Shown here: positions 19,224-28,301 of the stretch, piece by piece | Layout: each line of letters begins with the position of its first letter | Numbering within the stretch: the stretch's first letter is position 1 | IMG/VR virus record: IMGVR_UViG_3300024521_000001 | Location: 32,001-96,000 of that record | DNA length: 64,000 nucleotides | From: a virus | Lineage: Duplodnaviria > Caudoviricetes | Reading direction: 5' to 3' (one strand) | Made by a program: the position numbers and the translations under genes | Notes under the pieces: model-generated | Databases searched by the model: none | What the model was told of the DNA's origin: nothing | What the model saw: only the letters and a program-made list of their open reading frames with translations

Positions 19224-19639
19224 TAGGCACACACCTCCGGGTTTCCTGAATTAAAGAGTTGAGAAGTACCGATAGTGGTTGCTACCGAATCAGCTGCATC
19301 GGCTTCGACTAGCACTTCCCATTCTTCCCTGGGCCTCAGCCCAAACTCCATGAACTCAGTTTGTCCCGCCTGGATCTCCCGAACAAAACCGGCGGTATTT
19401 GAGCCACGCAATAAGTGTTTATCAGCATTTCCAGCCCCGCCTGGTTTCAATCTCAGGTCGTAGCCCACAGGGACGTTAGCGAAATTACAGACGATGATCG
19501 TAAGCTGAAGACCGCTCTCTCCACCGTCAATTACGCAAGCTACGGTCAGTGCGTCTGGAATGACGAGCTGGCAGATATTCGTGAACTCAACAAAGACAGG
19601 ACCTCCTTCTGCTGCCAGGCTCGGTGGACAAATTCCCAC
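19223..19639 (-). CDS. Small virion-type beta protein (paralog of 18858-19223)
   Basis: LQLTIIVCNF..GYDLRLKP..DKH..RGS. Confidence 0.65.
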   Translation of the reverse strand: MGICPPSLAAEGGPVFVEFTNICQLVIPDALTVACVIDGGESGLQLTIIVCNFANVPVGYDLRLKPGGAGNADKHLLRGSNTAGFVREIQAGQTEFMEFGLRPREEWEVLVEADAADSVATTIGTSQLFNSGNPEVCA

Positions 19640-20106
19640 TAGAAAACTCCTGATACCATCGTGTGAATCTCATGAGGGTTGGACCATCTCCAGGCCCCGC
19701 GAGCCTGATTGTTGGTCACCAGCATCCGACTGTTCACGGCCTCTTCCGGTTGTGCAGAGCTTCCGTCGTTGGAAATGTCCATCGTGCGCCGATCAAAGCC
19801 CCGGCCAACATTGAACCGCGCATTGGCTCGGACGTTTAAGGGAGTATTGGGTTGATCTTGCAGCTCCGGAGGCTTAGCCAGGAAGTTGGTTTCAAGGTAG
19901 AGCTTTGTCACTAGATCCTGGTCCTCAGTCGGGTCAGCAGAATTGATGACCTTGTTACCACCAAGGTTGATGCTGTCCTGGTGGACGGTACTCCCTCGAT
20001 TTCCTCCGAGAGCGTCCAGGCGGTCCTGCACATCTCGCAGGACAAAGTTGAGGTATTCCCAATCACCTTCATTGACCTGAAAGTGACCAGCGGTTTCGTT
20101 AGGCAT
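19639..20106 (-). CDS. Tail protein following nozzle
   Basis: INLGGNKVINSADPTEDQDLVTKLY fibre-neck motif; GGAG RBS. Confidence 0.6.
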   Translation of the reverse strand: MPNETAGHFQVNEGDWEYLNFVLRDVQDRLDALGGNRGSTVHQDSINLGGNKVINSADPTEDQDLVTKLYLETNFLAKPPELQDQPNTPLNVRANARFNVGRGFDRRTMDISNDGSSAQPEEAVNSRMLVTNNQARGAWRWSNPHEIHTMVSGVF

Positions 20107-20117
20107 TTGTACTCCTT

Positions 20118-23100
20118 TTAAGCAGCTACGCCTGCCTCACGTCCTGAGACAAGTCTTGCTCGTTCGTAACCCCGTTCTCCTGCAAGTGGATGCCATTCCA
20201 CATCTGATTGCTCGAACCAGACCTTGAACGCACTCGGGGAAGTAAAGATAAAGCGGAACAGCTGACCCTTCAGGCCAGCGGGTAAACGAATAGGTCCTTC
20301 TCTTTCCCATCCTGTCGTGGGATTGGTGAGGAAGGTCAGGGTATGATCAGCGGTTGCCGATTCATCCACGAAGATCTCCAAAGTGATAATGTCGGCTCCC
20401 TGTGAAGAGATCCACAAACGTCGAATGAACTTGAACCGGCTGTAACCAAAGTCCAGCTCGTAGGTGTCCCAACGGGTAACATCGAGGGGATCCCGGAGAA
20501 ATTCAAAGTTGTGGTCGTAATAGGAGAAGGGTCCACCCTCGAATGTCAGGCGAACCAGTTTCCCAATCGTATCTGCATCCAGGGAAATGATTTCTATCTG
20601 TCGATCACTGGTGGTAACGACAGGGGATTGAGTCACGACCCCATCGACCTCCACATTCACAGTCACGGGATTGCCCTGGGTGTCGATATCCAGCATGAGC
20701 TGTCGGAACCGTTTATCTCCGGGCCAGCTCTCTGAGGACCATTCGGTTTGGTTTGATCCAGGCGAAGCTCCTGTTGCTGGCCTGGGCTCAACCAAGGTCT
20801 CAAAGTCATGCTTGTAGTAGATGAACTCCGTCGCTGCAGCGGTAGCCAACTTGAGACGAATCAGCGTTCCCTTGGTGTCCTTCGGGAAGGAAAGGTAAAC
20901 CTTCTGCTGGCTGGTCGTGTTGACCGTGAATGGCGGGGCCAGGTCAACCCCGTCGATCTCTGGTGTCACCGTCACGTCAGCACTGTTGGTGTCGATCTCC
21001 AGCATGAGCTTGGTAAAGAACTTCTCCGTAGGTGCACCGACCTCTTCCCAAGGAGTTTGCATCCTCGTGGTCGATTCCAGGGAGTTGTCGAGCCAGTCGA
21101 AGCTGTGAGCATAGACCTTCACCGGAACGGTTGCAGAGGTTGACTCCACCAAGATCCGGGCGATCTTGCAGTCCGTGTCAAAGGGCAGCGACAGAATCAG
21201 CCTTTCCCGGCCAGTCGACGATACAGCTGGAAACGTCTTTGCGGGTGAGCTGACCTGGGTTGAGCTGCCATCCAGGAACACGCTTACGTCAGCGGTCACT
21301 CCTCGGGTGTCGATCTCCAGGATGAGCTCTCGCAAGAACTTCCGTTTGGGTGATCCGTAATCGTCCCAATCGGTAGCGGTCTTGAGCAGCGTTCGAGGCT
21401 CGACCCAGAAGTTATAGATCACCTTGTAGAACTTCATCCGGGATGCGCCGTTATCGCCTGTCAAAGCGATTGAGCAGTTCCGGGCGTCCGTACCTATCCC
21501 TCCGTTGACAGGGAAGTGGATCTGATCCCTGGTCGCTGTGTTGAGGGTTCCCAGAACTACGCTGGTATCTCCGTTGTCGAAATGGGCGGTCACGGTCACG
21601 TCAGAACCAGCGGTATCTGCGTCCACAATGATCTCGGTAAAAGTCTTCTCCTCCTGCTTGGCCCCGAAGTCATAGAACTTCATGCGGAGGTCAAAGACGA
21701 TATCTGATCCATCGTCTGTGTTTCCGGTCTCTCTCTGGAACACGAATCCAGAACTATCACCAGACTGGAACTCGCCCAGGTCGTCGAGAAGCAGATAGGA
21801 AGTGGCAGGCCTATCTGAAGGCTCCCACCTTTGCGTGACGAAGTCGTAAACGATTTCCCGGCGTACCGCTGAGGTGTCGGTGTAGGCAAAGTAGAGCTTA
21901 TTGTCGAAGAACCCGAGCCGTTCGCTCTCGGCCTCTGCGGGATCAATCGGGGCAAATCCCTCTACGGTGAATCCTTCAAAGAGCGTGTCTATCTTCTCGG
22001 TGAGCTTCTCAGCCCTACCGCTGCCTGTGAACGCATAGATCCCATCGTAGGCTCGGAAGAAGATCACTCCCGCTCCCAGGATCAGGGCGAATCTCGAGAA
22101 CAGACCTCTCTGCGCTCCCGTCTGGAGGGGTTGAAACGTAGTTGGGCCGCTACCCACTATCCGGTAAATGGTCCGATCGGTGAAGCAGTAGAGCTGATCG
22201 TTGTAGGCAAAGGGCCTTCTGACTCGATCACCGCCCTGTGAGGCCACGATAAAGCCACTGGAAGTGATCTCCTCAACCTTGATGCGCCGGGAGAAGATTA
22301 GCCTATCCGGATTGGCACTGTCGTCCATCCAGGACCGATTTTGATGGATAGCGATAACGCCTGACGTAGAAGGAATGTCGATCTGATCCGTATTAATGGA
22401 TTCGCCAAGAGACAGATCTCCCAACCCATCGAAGAAAGTGTCCGTTCCTACTCCATTCGCAATGGAGTCAACGAATAGATACTCCCCGGGCAGCGTACCG
22501 CCCCTACGGTAAATGTCTACAAAGTCCACCTGGGGATCGGTCGAGAAGGTAATCAGAACCTCTGCACGGTTCCGGGTAACTGTGGTCTCAGAGCCAGCCG
22601 TGGGGGAAAGCGGGCTGATCGTTCCCGTCACGCTGTAGCGGTAAACGTATCGCCAGTCATAGTCTCCCTTGAGCCGAAAAGACAAACCACCGACCATCTT
22701 GCCATCGTCGATGTTGACGTTTACAGCTCCACATTCAGTAGCTTCGACGACGACCCTGAAGGACATAACATCGGCCCAGGTGGTCGAAGCACTACCTACT
22801 CTCTGGAAGTCTCTTTTCTTGATGAAGACCTCGGTCCACTGGTTCTCACCACCAACGGCCGAGAGGAAATTGAAAGATTCGAGACTGCGAGATTCGAGAG
22901 TGGTGTCGTCTACCTGCTGAATGTCGTCATCTTCGGTCAGGAAGGACTCATCCAAAGCAAATTCCCGCAGTCCTCCATCCCGACCTTCCTTGGAGGTGGC
23001 ATCAAAATCAAAGACGCGAGTGAAATCGTTGGGAGCAACAGATTTGGTGTAGTAGTTCTGTGTGTAATCGTTTGTGGTCGGATCCACATCAAACATCAAC

Positions 23101-23816
23101 CTGATTTCCTTCAGGTTCTTGGGAACGTCGATTCTGAGGAAGAAGTGAATAAAGTCCTCGTCGTCACTGTCACCTGGAGTAGTGAACTCATCCAGGTCGA
23201 TCACAATCCCTTTGGTCGCCGTACCCCTAACCCGCTCATCGACCGCAATATTCATCGAGAAGGTTCCCTCTTGAGGCTCGAAAGCGTCATCGGATAGGAC
23301 CGCATTGACACCTACATAGGACGCGGCAGACTCAAAGTCGTCGATGGTCTTGAACTGCTGCGTTCCCTCTACGGCCGTAGCCACTGGACCTGGAGCAATG
23401 CCAAAGCGGTGAGTGAGGCTCCCATCGTCCTTGATCCGCTTGGTCGGCTCGAAAGCGATCATTGAGGAAGTGGGCGAGTTATTGATCTTGTAGTCTTCGA
23501 AGACCACCGGAGATCCGGAATGACCCGTTGAAATGGAAACAAAGTCGCGGAAGATCTCCGTGCCGGCGCCCTGGTAGTTGATCCCCACATCTGACACGAT
23601 CTGGCGGGCCAGGGAGTGAACCACATCGGGAGCCGCGGGGATCGCTGTGACGTTCTGCTTCACGCTTCCCGCACGAGTCTCAATGAAGCCTGTGCGCCTG
23701 GAGGTCATGTTGTCCAGACGGACGTAGTGACCTTCCTCTATTACATCTCCCGGCCGGGAGAGCGTGAGGCCCAGGTTCTCCAGATCTATTGGAGCGTTGC
23801 GTTCTTCAGTCGGCAC
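20118..23816 (-). CDS. Tail nozzle/tubular B-like protein with repeated C-terminal domains
   Basis: 1232 aa, beta-propeller-like motifs, VDIYRRGG; 4-5 repeats W..P..K.F..L.L.IDT. Confidence 0.75.
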   Translation of the reverse strand: MPTEERNAPIDLENLGLTLSRPGDVIEEGHYVRLDNMTSRRTGFIETRAGSVKQNVTAIPAAPDVVHSLARQIVSDVGINYQGAGTEIFRDFVSISTGHSGSPVVFEDYKINNSPTSSMIAFEPTKRIKDDGSLTHRFGIAPGPVATAVEGTQQFKTIDDFESAASYVGVNAVLSDDAFEPQEGTFSMNIAVDERVRGTATKGIVIDLDEFTTPGDSDDEDFIHFFLRIDVPKNLKEIRLMFDVDPTTNDYTQNYYTKSVAPNDFTRVFDFDATSKEGRDGGLREFALDESFLTEDDDIQQVDDTTLESRSLESFNFLSAVGGENQWTEVFIKKRDFQRVGSASTTWADVMSFRVVVEATECGAVNVNIDDGKMVGGLSFRLKGDYDWRYVYRYSVTGTISPLSPTAGSETTVTRNRAEVLITFSTDPQVDFVDIYRRGGTLPGEYLFVDSIANGVGTDTFFDGLGDLSLGESINTDQIDIPSTSGVIAIHQNRSWMDDSANPDRLIFSRRIKVEEITSSGFIVASQGGDRVRRPFAYNDQLYCFTDRTIYRIVGSGPTTFQPLQTGAQRGLFSRFALILGAGVIFFRAYDGIYAFTGSGRAEKLTEKIDTLFEGFTVEGFAPIDPAEAESERLGFFDNKLYFAYTDTSAVRREIVYDFVTQRWEPSDRPATSYLLLDDLGEFQSGDSSGFVFQRETGNTDDGSDIVFDLRMKFYDFGAKQEEKTFTEIIVDADTAGSDVTVTAHFDNGDTSVVLGTLNTATRDQIHFPVNGGIGTDARNCSIALTGDNGASRMKFYKVIYNFWVEPRTLLKTATDWDDYGSPKRKFLRELILEIDTRGVTADVSVFLDGSSTQVSSPAKTFPAVSSTGRERLILSLPFDTDCKIARILVESTSATVPVKVYAHSFDWLDNSLESTTRMQTPWEEVGAPTEKFFTKLMLEIDTNSADVTVTPEIDGVDLAPPFTVNTTSQQKVYLSFPKDTKGTLIRLKLATAAATEFIYYKHDFETLVEPRPATGASPGSNQTEWSSESWPGDKRFRQLMLDIDTQGNPVTVNVEVDGVVTQSPVVTTSDRQIEIISLDADTIGKLVRLTFEGGPFSYYDHNFEFLRDPLDVTRWDTYELDFGYSRFKFIRRLWISSQGADIITLEIFVDESATADHTLTFLTNPTTGWEREGPIRLPAGLKGQLFRFIFTSPSAFKVWFEQSDVEWHPLAGERGYERARLVSGREAGVAA

Positions 23817-24138
23817 TAGGCGGTTTGTCTCCGTTGGTTTGCTGTGCTTGCTGTCCAGCAGCCTGTTTCAGTTCTTCGGCGGTGATCTCCCGGACGAACA
23901 TCTTCTCGGGATCCTTCATATCCAGACCCAACTTCATCCCCTTGGGAATCCCCAACTCCACTCTGAGTACGTTGACGGTATCCAGCAATTCGCGGCCGTG
24001 GTGTCTCTTGAGCATCATGACCACTTCTTGGATCTCTTTGTTCTGCTGGCCCACGATCCCCACGACCATCTGGCGTTGAGAGGCCCCCAGGTCCCACCTA
24101 GTTTGCTTTTTTGCGCTTCCTTTGCTTTTTGTTCCCAT
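23806..24138 (-). CDS. Hypothetical protein (possible fibre chaperone)
   Basis: Start re-called at MGTKSK behind GGAG. Confidence 0.55.
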   Translation of the reverse strand: MGTKSKGSAKKQTRWDLGASQRQMVVGIVGQQNKEIQEVVMMLKRHHGRELLDTVNVLRVELGIPKGMKLGLDMKDPEKMFVREITAEELKQAAGQQAQQTNGDKPPSAD

Positions 24139-24355
24139 TTTTCTTGGCTCCTTTCCCAAGTGCTTTTACGGCAGCTTTTTTCTGTTCCAGAGTTGCGTTG
24201 GCCCACTTCTGCTCGGCAAGTGTCGTTTCATAATGAGCAATCCTTCCGGACAGCAAACTCCAGAGACAGTCTTTCACTGTCATGTTTTTGTGGGAGGCCA
24301 TTTCTTCGGCAATCGCCTGTTGTTCATCGTCTAAAGTGAAGGTGAATCGTGCCAT
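24098..24355 (-). CDS. Hypothetical helical protein
   Basis: AGGAG RBS; basic C-tail. Confidence 0.55.
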   Translation of the reverse strand: MARFTFTLDDEQQAIAEEMASHKNMTVKDCLWSLLSGRIAHYETTLAEQKWANATLEQKKAAVKALGKGAKKNGNKKQRKRKKAN

Positions 24356-24366
24356 TATTTCTCCTA

Positions 24367-25137
24367 TTAGTCGTCGATCAATTCTCCTGCGATGATCGCG
24401 GTTACGGCTGTGCTTGCAACCGAGCCGGTTGCCGAGAGTCTCAAGTGTGTGCCAGCCACGAACGTAGGCAAGGCAATAATTTCAGTCGTGAAGTCTCCCG
24501 CTTCCAGCCCAAACGGTCCCTGGATATACCACAGTACGCCATCGCTGCTTGTCTCAATGAATACCTCAACGTCTTTATTCGATGTACCAATGGTCGCAAT
24601 GAACTGTCTTAACACCAGCGTCTTTGCGTTAGGCACGACAAAATATCCCGACAAGGAAATGTTGAATCCAATCCCCATCGACAGCATTCGTACAGCGGGA
24701 ACTCCTGCCGTGAAGACTCCAGTACCGCAATAAATGGTTCCAGTGTTGGCATTGTTGCTGCCAGCAGTAAGCACTGACAGTTGATGTACCGCCGAGAAAG
24801 TTGCTACCGTATTCACGGCGGTCGTTCCGGTCATTGTTACGTCTTCAGTGGCAGGGTCTCCAGAGGCATCCAGCCCGAAAACCCTGACCGTCAGCGCGCC
24901 AGTTCCACCGCCTGTGTCATTGGTGTTATCGGTAGAGGCAACCCCCACAACGGCGGGAGTAGCAGAAATCGCACTTTGGTCAATGGTAAAAGCATTCACC
25001 CCAAACGTCGGTGATAGGGTAAACGGTCCACCATTGGGGACAGTAGGATCATGCCCTCTGACAGATACTCTTGATCGTCCTGCGACATTGCCGAGAATGA
25101 CCTCAGTTGTATAATCTCTGGTAAATTGTCGGCTCAT
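24367..25137 (-). CDS. Tail-associated structural protein
   Basis: STDNTNDTGGGTGALTVRVFGLD motif typical of phage virion proteins. Confidence 0.6.
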   Translation of the reverse strand: MSRQFTRDYTTEVILGNVAGRSRVSVRGHDPTVPNGGPFTLSPTFGVNAFTIDQSAISATPAVVGVASTDNTNDTGGGTGALTVRVFGLDASGDPATEDVTMTGTTAVNTVATFSAVHQLSVLTAGSNNANTGTIYCGTGVFTAGVPAVRMLSMGIGFNISLSGYFVVPNAKTLVLRQFIATIGTSNKDVEVFIETSSDGVLWYIQGPFGLEAGDFTTEIIALPTFVAGTHLRLSATGSVASTAVTAIIAGELIDD

Positions 25138-25140
25138 TTT

Positions 25141-28100
25141 TTAATACCATCCATCTGTTGAATCAAAGGTAATATCCAACGACTCACCATCAAAAAGAGT
25201 AAAGCTGGAGTTCACGCCAAGTAAATCTTCTGCACCGTCTGGGGCCACGGTGAGTTGGTTCCCACTAGATCCCGAGTTGATAATCCTAAGCGTTTGCCCA
25301 CTCACTCCAGCCGGGAGAGTAGCTGTGAAACCCGCGGAGTCCGTATTACCGAAGACCACCGAGTCTGTCACTAGAACCGTATAGGTAGTCGTCTGTCTCG
25401 TAACGGTTTTGATCCGGCCAACCGTAGTCGTTGTGCCAGCTACATCTAGATCACCGCCGAAGAACACACTTCCTGAAATTACGCGGATAGCAAAATTACT
25501 GAGACCTTCTGTGGGGGCATTGACGATCAAAAGGGTCTGCGCGTTGGTAATGTCACCCGTCAGATTGTCGCTTATGAAGGGCTCATTTATCTCGACCTGG
25601 GAAATATTGGCAATGCTCTCGGTCTCCGTTTGTGTGGTGATGGCCGAGATAAAGGTAGTTCCAGTTAAAGACGTAGTATCCCCTGACGCTCCTACCAGGG
25701 TTTGGGTGACGAAAATTCCAGAGGCCAGTGTGCTGGAGCCATCGGAGGTGAATGTTTCGGAAATGATCAGGCCGATGATACCGGACGGTGTACCAGCAAT
25801 CGCATGGGGTCCTGCACCTGAAACAGCTAGATTCCCCCCTAAGATCACATCGCCCGACACGACGCGCAAAGCGTAGTTATTGACACCTTCCGTGGGCGCA
25901 GCGACGATCAAAAGGGTCTGCGCGTTCGTGATACTCGATCCAGCACCAACGGTGATTATGGGCTCCTCAATGCGGACCTGAAAAACATCGGTAACGACCT
26001 CGGCTACCGTCTGAGTGGTAACCCTGGCTGCGAAAAGCGCCCCGCCTAAAAAGACGGTATCACCCGAAACTCCGATTACGCTCTCTTCAATCTCGAACTT
26101 CGCTGCCCGATTGGAAGTCCCGCCTGAAGTGAAATTTCCACGGATCTGAACTTGCCAAACGTCGGTTGGAATATTGGTCCCAATGGTGAAGGGTAGGCCA
26201 ATGAACATCGACCTGGCTGGTCCGGTGGACCGCAGAGCATAGTTATTGACTCCTTCCGTGGGAGAACCCGTGAGAAGCAGAGTGTGAGCATTGGTGATCA
26301 CACCTGTCAGGTTGTCGGTGATGCTAGGATCGAAGATCTTGACCTGGGCGATATCGTTAATAGTCTCGGTGGCGGTCTGGGTGACAATCGAAGCCCCGAA
26401 GAAGGCCCCATTGAGAGTGCTATCCCCTGCAACCCCGGTCAGGCTACTTTCAACTTTGAATTTATCTGCTTCACTAGCAGATCCCCCTGAAGTGAATGCT
26501 CCGCTCACCACGACTTGATGCCAGTCCTCTAGCGTGGTCCGGCCGATGGCAAGCTGGAGACCTTGAAATATAGAAGGAGCGAGTGCAGTAGATCTGATTG
26601 TCCAGTTGGCCTCGCCTGCTGTGGGTGAAGCGGTTATGAACAAGGTTTGCGCGTTTGTTATGTCACCCGTCAAATTATCGGTGATGTTTGCCCCGTCGAA
26701 GCGGCACTGGCTGATATTGGCAATGTTCTCAGTCTCGGTTTGAGTGACAAAGGTTGCGTCGAAATAAGTACCGACCATCCCGGCGGTATCTCCCGATGCT
26801 CCGGTCAATGCCCCTTCTATTCTGAGCTTGGCCGATTCGTTTGAAGATCCCCCAGAGGTGAAATTTCCAGCAAGTAGAAGCTGCCAATTATCATCTACGG
26901 CACTTTGCCCAATCGCATGTGGCCCTGCACCAGATACGACCAAGTTGCTGGCGAGGGTGACAAGGGTGGAGTAGAGATTAATTCTCGCCCAAGGAGTACC
27001 CGATAAACCAATTTCCAAGCGGTTGGTCGGAGCGACTGACAGAGCACTTAAACTACCGCCGCCACCGTCATCAAAAAGGAATGCCGATGAATTGTCTATT
27101 TCAATGTCCCCGGCAAGGATGCGGAAAGCGAAATTACTCTCCCCTTCTGTGGGTGCGCCTGTGATCAGAAGCGTTTGGGCGTGGGTGATATCTCCCGTCA
27201 AGTTGTCCAGAATATTTGGCTCGTCAATGCTTACAGTGGCGATATTCGCCACATTCTCTGTGGCGGTCTGGGTTCTGATGTTGCCGCCAAACCAGGACTG
27301 GAAAATACCTACCGTTTGCCCACTTGCACCAGTGAGCCGGTTCTCAGTCTTGAATCTGGAGGCCGTGGTCCCGCCAGAGAGCAATGAGAAATAGTCTCCG
27401 CTGAGGGTGAGCTGGCTTGATAGGTCGATTGCAGCACCGATGGCGTGTGAGGGCAAAGGAAGAGGAAAGTTGAACCCGCCATCGTCGGTTATCGAAAAGT
27501 TAGTGACGAAGCCGCCCCCGTTTTTGTCGTCCTGGAGGGTCCAGATCGAATCGCCTCCGACGTTTATTACGTCAACAAATGTCCTCCATGTGGCTCTGTT
27601 GGCATTCTCGCCAGCTCCAATGAGGTCGATAGAGTGAGAATCCTCAAAAGCCGCCGCGCCTTGACCGGCAATGTCGATCTTCAGAGCTACACCAGCAGTA
27701 CCCTCCTGGGGTCCAAAAACCGCAAAGCCGCTCAGATTGAGGCTATTAGAACCCATGGAAGTGATGGAGAAAGGAGTATTGAGCGAAGCCGAGCCGGTTG
27801 ACATTTGGAGCAGCGCGGAACCGACCATCAGATTTAACCTACCGTCAGCCGAGGATCCAGACCGCGCCTCAATGTCAATGGAGATGCCCTGGTTGGCAAC
27901 CGTAGACTCGGCAACGAACTCAATCGTTTTGAGCGGAGGACCGCCGCCGATGTAGATTGCCAGCCTGTCGTAGTCCGAGAGGCTGACGAATCGGTCATAC
28001 AACCGCCACTCCTGGGGATTAAGCCCGCGCCGTTGGGCGATAATATCAGCGGCATCCCTGTGCATTTGGGCGTCACTGGCAGCACCGAAGGCCAAAAAGG

Positions 28101-28296
28101 TGTCATCGGAAGCTAGCCTTACCGCTTCGTTGGTCGTATCGACGATGAATATATCCTCGGTATCACCATCTTTGCGGACCAGGAGAGCTTCCGCGTTGTC
28201 CACGTCGATGATCGTTTGACCATCGAAGGTCTGCCCTCCAGTGAAGGTGCTCATGCCGAAAACGATCAGATTGGTTGAAATTACAAAATCAGTCAT
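25141..28296 (-). CDS. Tail fibre 2 with five internal repeats
   Basis: Start re-called at MTDFVIST; five TQT..E...I..V.I.EP.I.DNLTG.ITNAQTL.I..APTEG repeats. Confidence 0.8.
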   Translation of the reverse strand: MTDFVISTNLIVFGMSTFTGGQTFDGQTIIDVDNAEALLVRKDGDTEDIFIVDTTNEAVRLASDDTFLAFGAASDAQMHRDAADIIAQRRGLNPQEWRLYDRFVSLSDYDRLAIYIGGGPPLKTIEFVAESTVANQGISIDIEARSGSSADGRLNLMVGSALLQMSTGSASLNTPFSITSMGSNSLNLSGFAVFGPQEGTAGVALKIDIAGQGAAAFEDSHSIDLIGAGENANRATWRTFVDVINVGGDSIWTLQDDKNGGGFVTNFSITDDGGFNFPLPLPSHAIGAAIDLSSQLTLSGDYFSLLSGGTTASRFKTENRLTGASGQTVGIFQSWFGGNIRTQTATENVANIATVSIDEPNILDNLTGDITHAQTLLITGAPTEGESNFAFRILAGDIEIDNSSAFLFDDGGGGSLSALSVAPTNRLEIGLSGTPWARINLYSTLVTLASNLVVSGAGPHAIGQSAVDDNWQLLLAGNFTSGGSSNESAKLRIEGALTGASGDTAGMVGTYFDATFVTQTETENIANISQCRFDGANITDNLTGDITNAQTLFITASPTAGEANWTIRSTALAPSIFQGLQLAIGRTTLEDWHQVVVSGAFTSGGSASEADKFKVESSLTGVAGDSTLNGAFFGASIVTQTATETINDIAQVKIFDPSITDNLTGVITNAHTLLLTGSPTEGVNNYALRSTGPARSMFIGLPFTIGTNIPTDVWQVQIRGNFTSGGTSNRAAKFEIEESVIGVSGDTVFLGGALFAARVTTQTVAEVVTDVFQVRIEEPIITVGAGSSITNAQTLLIVAAPTEGVNNYALRVVSGDVILGGNLAVSGAGPHAIAGTPSGIIGLIISETFTSDGSSTLASGIFVTQTLVGASGDTTSLTGTTFISAITTQTETESIANISQVEINEPFISDNLTGDITNAQTLLIVNAPTEGLSNFAIRVISGSVFFGGDLDVAGTTTTVGRIKTVTRQTTTYTVLVTDSVVFGNTDSAGFTATLPAGVSGQTLRIINSGSSGNQLTVAPDGAEDLLGVNSSFTLFDGESLDITFDSTDGWY

Positions 28297-28301
28297 AGCC
28301 T

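Noticed and set aside
24098-24138. Programmed -1 frameshift fusing the two overlapping ORFs at A-AAA-AAG
   Set aside because: The heptamer is in the downstream ORF frame and a -1 shift leads straight to a stop; fusion would need +1
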